A DNA stretch of 64,000 nucleotides from Chiloscyllium plagiosum (GCF_004010195.1 NC_057711.1:77972560-78036559), one strand, 5' to 3'; shown: positions 50,120 to 63,684, counted from the first letter of the stretch. Notes: generated by a model from the sequence alone, not told the origin. Program-made: numbers and translations.

Positions 50120-51372
50120 TGTGCATGATGTAGACATAGGAGCTGCTGTTTCGATTACGCAACATCCTTATAAGCATAACCCTCCAAAGTTGGCAAAGTT
50201 CAGAAGGAGATAGAACGCATGCTCCAAGTGTGAGTTACAGTGACTGGAGCTCACCCATAGTCATGGTGCCAAAACCAGATGGTACCCAACAGTCATATGT
50301 GTGGACTATTGCAAAGTCAATGCCATTACAAACACTGATACATATTCAATTCCGCTGTTGGAGGACTATGTTGAAAAGGTGGGACAAACAACTTAGATTT
50401 CCAGGTTGGACTTGCTCAGAGGCTACTGGCAGGTACCTTTGACAGAAAGAGCAAAGGCAATTTTGGCTTTCGTAACGCCAAATGAACTATATCAGCTCAA
50501 TGTCATGCTATTTGGTATGAGTAACGCTCAGCCACATTTCAGAGACTGACTAATAAGGTCATTGCCAGATTACACAGCTGTGTGGTGCATATTGATGACC
50601 TGGTGATTTTTAGTCACTCGTGGAAGGAACATTTACACAATCTATCAGATTTATTTGATCGACTTCAGAAGGCAAGGTTGGTGGTAAACCTAGCTAAAAG
50701 TGAATTTGCCAAAGCCCAAGTCACCTTCCTGGGCCATGTTATTGGACACGATCAAATGGCCCCATGGGATGCAAAAACAAAAGTAATTGGGGAATTTCCT
50801 CACCGTTGACGAAAAGAGCAGTACTACAGTTCCTGGGATTGAGTGGATTTTACCGAAAGTTTGCGCTGAATTTTAGCAGCTTGGCTGCTCCACTCAATGG
50901 AATTGTTAAAAAAGGGCAAGAGGTTTCAGTGGACAGCAGACTGTCAAAAGGCGTTTGACAGCCTAAAAACTGTGTTAAACACTGCCACAGTATTAGCCAC
51001 ACCTGATTACGCAAAGTCTTTCAGGGTAGCTATCAATGCCAGTGATATGGGTGTCAGTGCGGAGCTCCTGCAGGAGGATGACAAAGAGATAGAAAGACCC
51101 ATCAGATATTTTTCCAGGATGTGCAATATTCATCAACAGAAATATTCAACGGTTGAGAAATAGACTTTGAGCATGGTGTTGGCAGTACAACATTTCAGTG
51201 TCTATATTACCAGCAATGCATCTGAGACAATCGTACCCATTGACATTTGTGGAGCAATTTAAGGACAAAAATGCCAGACTGTTTAGATGGAACTTGTTGT
51301 TGCAGACACTCAATGTGACAATTGTGCATTGGCAGGTCGCGAAAACGTGATTGCCGATGTGTTGTCGAGACT
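50120..51372 (+). pseudogene. Reverse transcriptase and RNase H remnant
   Basis: WSSPIVMVPKPDG; HIDDLVIFSHSWKEHL; FLGLSGFYRKF; ASDMGVSAELLQ; QKYSTVEK; GRENVIADVLSR. Confidence 0.9.
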
Positions 51373-51562
51373 CAAATGAGATACGGAGATGTTCGGTGGA
51401 GGGTGTACTACAGCCTGAATATGAATGTGGGTGTGCATGTTTGCGTGGGTACAGTCAGCGTAGTGTATATGTATGTTTTAGAGTACTAACTAATTTTTTT
51501 GAAGATTTTAACAATGAAGCCATCTTTGGATATTGATGGTTCATTTTTTTAAGGGGGGGAGG

Positions 51563-52187
51563 TGTCACAAAGCTAGTATTTTTTTCTAAAAGCTGTTCCT
51601 TTTCTCAAGGATGCTTTTTCGAGGGGTCGTAAAATAGTCCAGGCTCTGAAATGGCTTGTTTGGTACAGAGATGAAAGGGTTTACTGGGAGACCTTTTGTT
51701 TCTATGCAAACAGGTGAGACTTTAGGCCTCAGCTTTCATGTTTTGGAAGTAATCTGTATCCTGAGAGGGGAGTGGTCAGTCCTGAAAGCTGAAGTTCTGT
51801 TTGAGTCAGTTCAGCAGTGGGTTGTGTGGAAACAAGCTGCTTGACTCTCTCTCCTTCTGCCCTTCTAACTTTGACCTGTGGGCCTTTGTTTCATTTTTGC
51901 CCTGGGTTTAAGGGGTTTGTTTATTGGGACTGTTGCATATATTTTCAGAACAACATAATTAAGTCTAGTTTGGATAGACTGAGTTCTGAGGGTATTTTGT
52001 ATTCTGTTCTTTGTGTTTCATTCCGTAATTTTGTGAATACATTTTTGTCTGTTTTAAAACCTGGTCGTCAACCGAGCTAACTTACTCCAGGTAATTTTGA
52101 CAGTACACTTACTGAAACAAATAGCAAAGTTATAGTCTGGGCTGCCTGCTTAAGAATGTTTTGAATGGTCTGGTCTAGTCCATAACA
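51563..52187 (+). repeat. 3' LTR, 625 bp
   Basis: TGTCACAAAGCT...CCATAACA, directly after the PPT. Confidence 0.94.
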
Positions 52188-52354
52188 GTATTCTAAGTAC
52201 AGGGTTTGGATGAGTAGCTGGGAAAAATTGTTTCTATTAATGGAAGGATTAAGAACCAGAGGTTGCAGATTTGAGGTAGTGGCAAAAGCAGCAATGGAAA
52301 CAAAATGGGAAAAGTTTTCAATTTTATGAAAGTGATTAGGAACTGTACAGACCG

Positions 52355-53200
52355 ACAGTGTCTTTGACAAGTTCCCATGTGGAAGGCTGGTCCAAACTGT
52401 AAAAGCCTTGGGATTCCAAGGCAAATTGACAAACTGGATCCAAATTGACTTGCACATAGGACGTAGGGGTGATTGTGGATTTTGTAATTGGAAGCCTGTG
52501 ACTAGCAATGTACCACAGGGATTAGTGTTGGGACCCTGGCTATTTGTCACATTCATCAAGGATTGGATGTGAATGTAGAAAGTAAAGTTAGTAAGTTTGT
52601 AGATGACACAAAAATTGGGAATGTTGTTGATAGTAAGGAGGATGGTCTCAAGATACAGTCTGATATTGATCAGCTGGTAAATTAGACAGAGCAATGGCAC
52701 ACGGAATTTAATCCCAGTAAGTGCAAGTTGAAACTATCTTGTTGAAACTTCTATAAAATATTGGTTAGGTCAGAGGTGGAATACTGTGTGCAGTTCTGGT
52801 CACCTTACTATTGGAAGTAAGGGATTGCAAGGAAATGGCATAGAGGAGATTCACAGGAATGTTACCTGCGATGAAAAGTCTCAGTAATGAGGAGAGGCTA
52901 GATAGGCTGGGTGTGTTTTGCTTGGAGTAGAGGCATCCAAAGGGGGGTCTGATTGAGGTATACAAAGTTGAGAGGCACAGACAGGGTAGATCATGATAAT
53001 CTTTTTTTTTCCCATGGAAGATGTGTCTAAGGCCAAAGAGCATAAATTTAAGATGAGGATCAAGGTGTTTACAAGAGATCTGAGAAAAGAAAATCACCCA
53101 GAGAGTGCCAGAAAGGTGGTGGAGGCAGGTACTCCTGCAATATTTAAGAAGCATTCCGATGAATACTTAAAATTGCTGAAGCATAGAAGACTGTACCTCA
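52355..53200 (+). mobile_element. CR1 RT/3' ORF2 fragment
   Basis: FDKFP, VPQGLVLGP, KFVDDTK, EYCVQFWSP remnants. Confidence 0.8.
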
Positions 53201-53209
53201 AATGCCAGT

Positions 53210-53690
53210 GGAGTCATAGAGATGTATAGCCTGGTAATAGACCCTTCGTCTATGCTGACCAAATATCCTAAGGTAATCTAGTCCCATTTGCCAGCACTTG
53301 GCCCATATCCCTTTAAAGCCTTCTTATTCATGTGCCTTTTAAATGTTGTAATTGTACCAGTGTCCACCACTTCTTCTGGCAGCTCATTCCATACACTTGC
53401 ATCCTCTGTGTAAAAACGTTGCCCCTTGGGTCCCTTTTAAATCTTTCCTCTCTCACCCTAAACCTATGTGCTCTAGTTCTGGATTCCCCCACCCTGGGAA
53501 AAGATCTTGTATGTCTACCCTATCCATGCCCCTCATGATTTTATAAACCTCTATAAAATCACCTCTCAGCCTCTGACATTCTAGGGAAAACAGTCTGTTT
53601 AACCTTTCCCTATATCTGAAACCCTCCAACCCTGGCAATATCCTTGTAAATCTTTTCTGAACTCCTTCCAAGTTTCACAACATTCTTATA
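53210..53690 (-). mobile_element. CR1 (HER1-like) 3' end inserted in the preceding CR1 tail
   Basis: ORF 53453..53671 EGVQKRFTRILPGLEG...LRGDFIEVYKIMRGMDRV. Confidence 0.88.
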
Positions 53691-53989
53691 GGAGTAAATG
53701 GGATTAGTTGATGTTTGTTGGTTAGCGTAGACATGGTTGTCTGAAGGGCCTATTTCTATGCTGTATGACTCTATTACTACACATTGTAACTATTCTGTGG
53801 ACACATAATTATGAGGAATAGGGCAGATATAATTAGCAACCAGGTCAGGATGAGAGTCCCAACGCATTCACGTGCCCTTGTAAGCTAGGGCGTTGAGTGG
53901 GGACAGTATTGCGATCTTGAAAGGAGTTTGAGGGGTGTTTTTAAACTTCTGTGTGGGGAAGAAGAAAGACGGCTGCTATCTTGTCCATT

Positions 53990-54560
53990 TTTAAAGGGGA
54001 GATCTTTTAAATCTGAAATGTGCTCCCTCATTCCAGTTGCCCTTGCAAGGCAATGCATCTTCCCATTCTACTAAATCCATTAGGTATCGACTCAACCAAT
54101 TCAACTTTCCTTCATATGTTAAACCCTTCTTCCCTGGAATGAGTTTTGAACTTTGCCTATTTGCTTCTAACATATCTTCCTTTTGAAGATGACCAAACCT
54201 ATATGCTGTATTCCAGATGCAGTGTTGTTCATAAAATTGGAGTGAAATTTGCTTATGTTTATATTTGTATTCCACTCTCCTTTTAATAAACAACTTCCCA
54301 CTTGTCTTCCTAGTCCCTTGCTGTACCTGCATGCTAACTTTTTGTGATTCACATATCAGGGCACCCAGATCACAGTACACCATCAAGTTTCAAGACTCCA
54401 TTTAAATAATCTATTTTCCCTATTCTTCCTGTCAATGTGTGTAAGTTCACATTTATCAACATTAAACTCCATCCACCATTTCTTTTGTCCATCCTCTTAA
54501 TCTATCTGTATTCCTTTTAAAAATTCTTTACTTCTGCATAGAAACTGACTTCCCTACTGT
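53990..54560 (-). mobile_element. Old CR1 ORF2 fragment
   Basis: ORF 53991..54386 DLGALICESQKVSMQVQQ...GLTYEGKL. Confidence 0.65.
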
Positions 54561-55245
54561 CCTGTTCTCATTCTTGTTCTTAAATCTCTCCATGGCGAGT
54601 AATAGAGCAATCACCTATAAATACTTTTACGAACAGTCAAGCTTGACTTGTCTTTCAAATTTCTTTCCCACTAAGAATCTCTTGGCCTACATCCAGTGTG
54701 TTTTGCCTTGATTAAAAATTGGAAGTCGTTTTTTCCAACAACATGCAATTAATTAAGATTTTATTTCCAATTAAAATTGTGACTTGATTATAGTAACGTG
54801 CAATCATCTGTCAACTGTAATTGCTAACATCCAAGTCAATAACTGAGTAAAATATGTCTTTCTCCTTACTTGCAAATATGATAAAGAATAATACATAGAT
54901 GCCATAGGTTGGAATGATGTTTCCTTGTTGTGAAGAATCCTTACTGAGAAGCTGAAAGTCTGAGTTATAATATTTAATTCAACTTAAAATCATGAACTGA
55001 AAATAAACAAAGTGAGTGTTAAAAATATGGGCTCTAGAGAAATGAGACTCCTCTCAATACAGCACATTTTCAGTGCCAGGTAGGTTGCTTCATTTCATCA
55101 TAATTAAGGTTTATCATACTATTTAAAATTCACCTGAATGCACAAGCAATGACTTTTTTTTTGCTTGTTCAGTGGGTATTTGTGGCTAAGTACCATAATG
55201 TCTTCCTCTTAATTTATTTTAATGCTGAGTCTCTTGGCAAGGTTC

Positions 55246-56143
55246 TGTTATGAAGCTGAGAAGAATAATAGGGAATTAAAAAGCAGAGTGTGGCTCTTTG
55301 AGAGAAAAAGTGCTCTTTAATCTTAGAGTTCAGTTGAGAAGGGAGTCTGAGCAGCTGTGGAAGACAGACTGTTCTAAAATGGAAACCTGTAACAGTTGGC
55401 TTTGTTAATGGATACCTGAGGTTTGCTACTATTTTGATGACAAATCAAATTTGACCAATTAATTAAAACCAAACACACAGCCATTCGAAGCCAATTGAAC
55501 ATAAAAGCTGATGGTGTTAACAGCCTGAAACCAATCATGCTGTAAGAATTTGGTGCATCATCAGGAATATTTAAGATGGGTTTTTGTTTGAAAATCATGG
55601 AGCGAGCCAATTGTCATCTGAAGAGTAAATATCAAACTCTCAAAGAAATCTTTAAGCTTTCTGAAAAGACCCATCAAAGGTACCGCAGTTCTTCCAGTTC
55701 AAAATCCTCACAGAAAAATTCGATAAAGAAAGGCGTTTGTATTGTGAGATCAACAAAAGGAAGATTAGAGATAAAGCAGAGAAAACATAGACTACAATCT
55801 TGGAGAGATTAAGTTTTCTTCATTGTTTAGTTATTAACTGGGTTTATACAAGTGGGACTTGTACAGCATTCATTCTGGTAGAATCTGTTCAGTTAGGGAA
55901 TAATTAGTACTTAGGGGAAAATCGTCCATTTGATAGTAATTCTGTTAAATTGTTTACTATTAGAGTTGAAAAAATATTGTTACTTGTTAATTATAGAGTG
56001 GATGAAAGGATTTCATTTTATTTAACCACTACTTTATAACAGATTGGAGTTTGAGAGGTAAGTTATAGCCCTTGTCACACTCCTTTATCAAGGCGTGTTT
56101 CAGTTTTAATTACCAGAGGAGTGCCGACCTCTGCTTTGTAACA
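55246..56143. mobile_element. Probable solo LTR (~900 bp)
   Basis: Termini TGTTATGAAGC...GCTTTGTAACA are imperfect inverted ends; flanks GTTC/GTCC. Confidence 0.6.
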
Positions 56144-56349
56144 GTCCCAACATACCAAAGCTTATTGAAGAGAAAAATAACTTGTACACTAACTACTTGA
56201 CTTCATGTTTAACTGCCACATGTAGATATTGGAAGTTATTCTCTGATTTATTCCATAACAGTAGTTAGTATCAATAACCTCAGGTAATTTTAATGAAAAA
56301 TCCAGGCAAACAAAGTTAGATTTTAAGTAATTTTGTTGTTTTTCCTCAG

Positions 56350-56425
56350 GGAGCAATTCAGGGACCTGAGGAGTTCATGGAAGGAATGGCCTTGGGTGTA
56401 AAGGCATTGGTAGGAGGTGCTGTTG
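56350..56425 (+). CDS. VPS13A: VPS13A coding exon 11 of window (76 nt): GAIQGPEEFMEGMALGVKALVGGAV
   Basis: Acceptor cctcag|GGA, donor TTG|gtatgt. Confidence 0.96.
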
Positions 56426-57084
56426 GTATGTATTTCCACTTCTTGAAAGAAAACTGATTATATGTAATTTGTTAATTTTGAAAATGTTAGTTTGCTAGTT
56501 ATAAGTTTAGGCTAAATTTTCAAAATTTTTAAAATATAAGACAATCTTTCAGTTTTACTGCATTTCCTAGTTGTATAGTATTTGAAATTATATAACAATC
56601 CTTTAGTCATGATATCACATTTACGTGACATTTTCTTTCATCTGGAACAAAGTTTTCATCCCATTTATCTGGTAGGTCTCAGAACTCTGAATTCTACCTC
56701 CCTTAAACTCCTTTTGTGGCATTGATGAATTGGAATAAAGATTTTTGAAGAATTACCAAATTATTTTCACTGCAGGTAGAACAGAAATCATTCATGCATT
56801 TAAATTGCAGAAAATCTTAACCTGATTCATATGGAAATTAAGGATTTTGTTTCAAATTCTAACTTGATTTAAGTGTTTATCCAGTGGAAAACATTGGTAG
56901 GCCACATTTACAATATTGCATCAGTCATTGAGAATATTTTAGGAAGCATATCAACATCATGGAGTGGTTAGGTCTGTTGGAAAGTTCAGAATTGATAAAT
57001 GCTGATGAAGCAAATCAGTAAATTTTGCAATTGTACCAGCCTCCACCACTTCCTCTGGCAGCTGACATACAAGAGTTTTAGTAT

Positions 57085-58130
57085 TGGGCATGGGTACTTA
57101 TACAGGCCTGAGGAAGCAACTGGCCCTAATGGACTGTGCAAAAATATTAAAGTGCAGGACAGTTGAAGATCAGTGGCAACTGCTTAAGGAGATATTAAAT
57201 ACCTCACAATTAAAGTATGTTCCTGAGAGTAAGAGGAATTGTAAAAAGATGAAAAATCATCCATGGCTAAACGAGGAAGTCAAGACAACATAAAGTCAAA
57301 ACCTAGGACATATCACACTGCAAACATTAGCGGCACTCTGGAGGATTGGGCGAATTTTAAATGTCTGCAAGAGTTTCCTAAAAAAAATGAAAATAACTAA
57401 GATGAACTACAAAAGGAAACTAGCAGGAAACATAAGTAATGATACAAAACTGTGAAAGAAATCTAGCAGGGAATATAAGTAATGATACCAAAAGCTTCTA
57501 TAAGTATATAAAAAGGAAGAGAATAGTGAACGTAAGTGTTGGCCCTTTAGAGGATGAAAATGGTGAGGTAGTAATGAGAAAGTAAAATGGCAGAGGCATC
57601 AAAGCAATATTTTGTCTCTTTTCACAATGGAAGATAATTTCTTCCTAAAATCTGCATTTGCTGCAGAGTATCTTGGTGAAATTATTATAACTAGGGAGAA
57701 GGTATGAAGTAAACTGATGGAATTAAGGGCAGATAGATTCCTGGGGCCTGGTGACCTGCATCCTTGCATATTAAGGGAGGTGGCAATTGAGATAGTGGAT
57801 GTGTTAGTTATGATATTCCAAAACTCCCTGGACTCTGGGACAGTCTCGAACAAGAGGTCATAGATATAGAGTGAGAGGAGACAGGTTCAGAACTGAGATG
57901 CGGAGAAGCTACTTATCTTGGAAAGTTGTAAATCTGTGGAACTTACTGCCCTAGAGTGCAGTCCAGGCAGAATCAATCAACAGTTTCAAGAAAGAAATAG
58001 GTATGTTTTGTGTGAAAAGCAGAATAAAGGGCTGAGGGGAACAGGCAGGAAAATAGAGTTGAGTCCAGGATAAATCAGCTGTGATCACTTAGGAACAGGA
58101 CAGGTCTCCAAGGGCTGACTTGCCTTTGCC
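57085..58130 (+). mobile_element. CR1 ORF2 linker fragment joined to a CR1 3' end
   Basis: VEDQWQLLKE...HPWLNEEVK; KSFYKYIKRKR; PGPGDLHPCIL; 3' UTR after ~57855. Confidence 0.75.
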
Positions 58131-59268
58131 CATTCCTAGACTGAGGTAGCTAATGGCACTGACCATTCTGGAGCACAGGATATCATTAACCTTTTTCTTG
58201 AAAAGCTGTACATTGATCCAGGTCGCTATCTGAGTTCCAGGCTGAGACTGGTATGACCTCCTTCATTGGTCAGCTGAAAAAGCACTACCATGGTGACTTT
58301 TACAAGGGATACTTTTTTATTTTCAGATTTTCCTTCAATGGTATTATTGCTATGGTTGTAGTTAGTTACAGTTTGTACTTCTCTATGAGTATAAAAGCCC
58401 CTGCGGTGGTAATTTGGTTAACGAAAATTTAGAAATAAAACAGCATCCTTTGTGAAAGTTAGCTTTTTTAAAAAAAAGAATAAGAGCAGGACACGCAAGC
58501 GAACACCACTGTCTGCTATTTGCTCCCCACAGAGCAGTAGATAAATACTTCTAAAAAAATCTTAATATACAACAAATTTCTGCATTTGTAATAACATTTG
58601 AAATTATTATGCATGCAGCTAGTTCATTACAATCACCATTACCATCTGAAAAGTCTTCCATTGATCTCAAGGTCACAATGTAAAACTGCTGGACTCTGAG
58701 TTTTAAACTTAAATTGAAGAGTGATGACTACAAAGATAAATGCAAGCTTAGATTATCAGTCTTTATTGGGTGAATTTGCCTGAAGGTTATTGAAAATAAA
58801 TTTGCAAATAAATTAATATCAATCTACAGAAAAATTTGAAATCCTGTGTACAGTGAAAATTCATGTAAGGAAAAACAAATTGGGGAGAATCTATGATTGA
58901 ATTCACTGAATGAGCATTCCTTGAATTAGAGAAAAAAAATACGGTAAAACAAGAAAGTGGGGAAAAGAGGGATTTTACTCCTTCTCCTCCTGTTGTAACA
59001 CAATTTATACAAAACATTGTAAAGAATAATTGGTAATTTTTTGCTAATTTAATGACTTACAAAAAATCTTGAATTCTAAAATTGAGTCTTGTGATTTGAT
59101 GATATGACTGCCAAATCAATTTCTTAAATTTACATTGTTTATAAATATTACGTATTAATTATTTGACCTTACATTTCTTCACATTTGTAACTTGTTATAA
59201 TGAATACAAATTGAGTAAATTGAAGAAACGTTATACATCATTTTAGTAATTATAAATTATTCTTGCAG

Positions 59269-59432
59269 GTGGTATTGCAGGTGCTGCTTCTAGAATAACT
59301 GGTGCAATGGCAAAAGGTGTAGCTGCTATAACAATGGATGAAGAATACCAGCAAAGGCGTAGGGAGGCCATGAACAGACAGCCAAGTGGAATTAAAGAAG
59401 GCATTACACGTGGAGGAAAAGGCTTGGTGTCG
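59269..59432 (+). CDS. VPS13A: VPS13A coding exon 12 of window (164 nt): GGIAGAASRITGAMAKGVAAITMDEEYQQRRREAMNRQPSGIKEGITRGGKGLVS
   Basis: Acceptor ttgcag|GT, donor TCG|gtagga; overlaps ORF 59307..59510. Confidence 0.96.
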
Positions 59433-60055
59433 GTAGGATTTACTAAAATACTCCAACCTCCCTCCACCCAATCTATCATCTCACTTCTCCCAATACAGTG
59501 CATGACATAGAAGCCTATTTTCACAGCAAAAGGAGAAGGGCAACCTTGAGCTTGTTCTTCTATTGAATAAAATCATGATTGATCTATAACCTAAATCCAT
59601 ACATCTGACTTTGTCCCTATACCTTTGGATAACAAAATTCCAGCATTCTCAGGCTTAAAGTTAACAATTAAGTTGGAACTAACTTCCATGTGTAGAAGAA
59701 TATTCTCAGTTCTACCACATTTTATCTGTCGATAGATTTTCTATCTTTTGGGCTGTCCAAAGTTGTTAACTTCCATAGCTAAGAGAAATAGCTTCCCCCC
59801 TCCCTTTACATTATCAGTTCACATTAATATTTTGAAGCCATGAATCAAATTATTCCTCAACCCTAAATTGCAGGAAATATAAACCTTTTTTTAAAATCGC
59901 TATCCTCCCTTTACCTAAAGGCTAATTTAGGCCTCATAATTGAGGTATCGTTCTAGTTGATCTATAAAAACAGAGCAAAGAAATTGCATGCTACTGTGTA
60001 ACTTTTATTGGTAGAGGCAAAAATGGGTCATTCAGCCTCTCAAATCTGTTATATA

Positions 60056-60372
60056 ATTAGATTACATTCCCTACAGTGTGGAAACAGGCCCTTTGGCCCA
60101 ACCAGTCCACACCGACCCTCCGAAGAGTAACCCACACAGACCCACTTCCCTCTGATTAATGCACCTAACACTATGGGCAATTTAGCATGCCAATTCACCT
60201 GACCTGCACATCTTTGGACTGTGGGAGGAAACCGGAGCACCCGGAGGAAACCCACGCAGACACAAGGAGAGTATGCAAAATCCACATGGACAGTAGCCCG
60301 AGGCTGGAAACGAACTTGGGACCCTGGCGTGGTGAGGCAGTAGTGTTAACCACTGAGCCACCGTGCTGCCCC
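60056..60372 (-). mobile_element. V-SINE (HE1-like), full length
   Basis: Antisense GGGGCAGCACGGTGGCTCAGTGG, V-domain, tail. Confidence 0.9.
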
Positions 60373-60899
60373 TAATGAATATCATTTATTAGATTATGGC
60401 TAATCATAATCTCACATAGCCACAAGGAGTCTTTATGTTGTAATTGTACCTGACATTAAAATTTAAGAAGCAGTCCTGTTGCAGGCAACGGCATTTGCTT
60501 AGCAACAATAAGCCAGGCCTTACATTTATGCATTGTGGTAACATACAGTTATAGCTATTATGGTGTATAATGGTCCACAGAATCTTGTGGGTAGATGGAT
60601 GTATGAATAGATTAGTGAATAGAATAGAATAGTAGAAAAGGGAAAATTTGAGAGGATGTTCCATATAGATGCTCAAAATAGTGAGCGGTCAGAACAGAAT
60701 AGACAGGAGAAATTGGCAGAAGGATCAAAAGCCAAAAGATGTTGATTAAAGGTAATTGGCAAAAAAACTGGAGGCAAAAAGAGGAACTTTTCAAGGCAGC
60801 AAGTTGTTAGATTCTGGAAGGTACACACTGAGACTGGTGGAGACAGATTAAATTCACAGCTGAAATATTTATATTTACCCTTTATTTCATTCATTTAAG

Positions 60900-62870
60900 G
60901 GAGGTGGTATTTGATGGCTAATTTATTATCCATGTATATTTGCCTGCAGGAAGCGGTAGTGGAATGCTTTCTTGAACAGCTGTTGTCCATTAGGAGTTGA
61001 TAGGCCCACTTGTTGTTAGGAAGGGAGTTGAGGATTTAACTCGGCAGAAATGGAGATATTGTTCAAAATCAGAATGGTGTGTTTTTTGAGGGGAAATTTA
61101 CGTTACATGGCATTCCTATGCATCTGCCATTGTCCTTCCAGATGGTAAAGGTGCTGTCAAAGAACCTAGGTGAATTTCTGCTGTGCATCCTGTAAACAGT
61201 ACGTACTTCAGCCACTCTATATCAATGGTGGAGGAAATGAATGTTACAACTGGTGAATTGAGTGTCAATGAAGCAGGCTGCTTTGTCCTAGATAGTGTTT
61301 AGCTGCTTGTGCATTGTTGCAACTGCACTCATCCGAGCAAATAGAGTACTTCTGCTCACAGACTTGTTCCTTATCAGGACATGAGATACTCTCCACAGAA
61401 TTCCTAGCCTCTGACCTGCTGTTCTATCCGCACTATTTATATGGCTGACCCAGTTCAATTTCTGGTCTGTCATAACTTCAGCATTTTGATAATGTGGGAT
61501 TTGGTAGTGATAATGTCTTTGAAGGTCAAGGGAAGATGGTTTGATTGTCTTGAATCAGTTGATTTGATTATTGTAGATGGCTATTGCCTGCCGCTTGTGT
61601 GGTGCAAATATTATCGTCAGAGCCACTTTCCTTTTTGCAAAGTTTGACTCTAACCAACAAAGAGTTTTCCCCTGATTCCAAGTGCTCCCTAATGTCACAA
61701 TTGATCAAATGCCGTCTTGCTTCCAGGAGTAGTCCCCATCACTTCAGCTGTAGAGTTTAGCTCTTTTGTCCATATTTAAAGAGTGTAATAAGGATAAGAG
61801 TTAAGTAATCCTGGTGGAACCTAAATTCAGCATCATTGGGCAGATTATTGATGAACAGATGCCACTTAGTAGCATTCTCAATGACCCAGTCCATTATTTT
61901 CCTAAGAATAGACTAATTAGATGGATGGACATTTTCTTGTTTTATGGCCAGGCATGCTTTGAAAATTTCTCATATTTTTTGGATGAATGCAATTCTGGCT
62001 GTGTGTAATCAGCACGGCTAATTCTGCAGCATAAGTATTTGGTACTATTAAACAGCTGTGACAACAAAACCTCCAGAGCTAAAAACATTACCGCCTGTAA
62101 AGTCATTGAAGGAATTCAATCATCTGCTTTAGCTTTGAAGCGGAGAAATGGATGTCTGACTGCCATTCCATGGAAAGATTAAAGCAACTGATGCAGTCTG
62201 ATCTAAGCATCAGTTTTGTTCAATACAAAGGAAAATATCATCCGGTGTATAATGTGACCTAATACATATAAAGAATTTTCTTCCCTAACTAACAATACTA
62301 ATTAATTTAATTCTCATTTATCTTTTAAGAGCACAGCATCAATCACTGCAGTAAAAACATATATACCTTACATAATATTTCATTATGGCATATGAAATTG
62401 GTGACACCTTTTGAACTTGTCTGTCAAAGGATTACAGATTCCACATTAAGGCTCCCCTTTGTTCATGACACCTCTCAGCTGTATGATCTCCAGTGGCAAC
62501 CCCACCACCATTAAAATTACTGGAGGTCTGGAAGACTGTTTCCTGAATGTAGCATACAACGGACAGTTGCAAATGGACTCACCATCTGTATCCTTAATCT
62601 GGACTACTAAAAGTTTGTGATGGTAATTGGGGTGTGAAGTCTGGAATCAGGCAATTCTGCCATGTTTTCAGCCAGCTTGCCTCCATTTGAGTATGGACAG
62701 AGGCGTGAAAATCCAGCTGTTCTCCAGATTAACTAACAGTGCAGTGATGATTCCAGCAATGCTGTCATGAGCAAACTTATCTGTGGCAGCTAAATTGGTG
62801 AAGATGAGTACACACGTGATAGTGTTTTATGTTGATTCACTCCCAACCTGCTTCAAACCATTCTTCTTGG
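60900..62870 (-). mobile_element. Old L2/CR1-group LINE, decayed and fragmented
   Basis: ORF 61288..61473 DQKLNWVSHINSADRTAGQRLGILWRV; 3' end homologous to 31140-31510. Confidence 0.6.
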
Positions 62871-63638
62871 GCTTAGAAATTATGTGCACTTGTTACCCTT
62901 AGTAATTCCTTCAACTGGGGTGTTCAGTGTGCAGTACTGATTCATTTGCTAACTCTCAGGATTACTTTAATTCCACACCTATCCGTTGTCTTTATACTAG
63001 TGTGCCACTTCCTCGGATGGAATGTCCTGCTCAGGGGATATTGGCTAAAAAATATAATTCTATATGTGTTACATTATTATTTGAATATGGTTTGCTTTTC
63101 TACCTCTGACACTGTTTTCCAGATTTTCGTGAATGCAGATTCTACTGGCCTGTGTCTTTGTAATGTCTGAATTTGAATGCCAAGATCGCATGGCACAGCT
63201 GAATTTTAATATTGTTATGATATCTAAAGGTTTCGTATTATGGCGTGTCTTGTTAGGGCAGTTTAGAGCATGGTTAAGAGCCATTCACATTGGTGTGGAA
63301 TTGCAGTCAGGTTTTGTTTTGATGAACCAGTAAGCTTTTTAGGATAACACACTCCTTCAGCATTCGTTTTATTAATTGATGCCAGGTCTTTGTATGTGGA
63401 TTTTATTCTTTTAAAAAAATGAATTCAAAATTTCAAACTTCTGGTGAGATTTAAAGTCATGGTTTTTCAATTATTCATCCAAACATTCAGATTGCTAGTT
63501 CAAAATGTAAGCACTATACAACTGCATAGATTGTTGCAGAGTCCTCTGGTTGCAAGTTGATTCTGTCAAATATGCCATAATGTGGTAAATATTTAATAAA
63601 AGGAATAAGTTTTGGTAATTTTTTTCTTATCTTTTTAG

Positions 63639-63684
63639 GGATTTGTGAGTGGAATCACAGGAATAGTGACAAAACCTATTAAAG
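63639..63684 (+). CDS. VPS13A: VPS13A coding exon 13 of window (46 nt): GFVSGITGIVTKPIK
   Basis: Acceptor ttttag|GGA, donor AAG|gtaaaa. Confidence 0.95.

Larger units (their letters stand above)
44470..52187 (+). mobile_element. Full-length decayed Gmr1-like Gypsy LTR retrotransposon (LTR-PBS-gag-PR-IN-RT-RH-PPT-LTR)
   Basis: Two homologous TG...CA LTRs; degenerate tRNA-Pro-like PBS after 46387; PPT AAGGGGGGGAGG 51551-51562; flanks ATAT/GTAT; integrase precedes RT. Confidence 0.93.

Noticed and set aside
52077..52700. 207-aa minus-strand ORF
   Set aside because: Spans antisense CR1 fragments and the LTR end; chimeric chance ORF
57415..57495. ~43-nt tandem duplication
   Set aside because: Local duplication within a dead CR1; no sign of function
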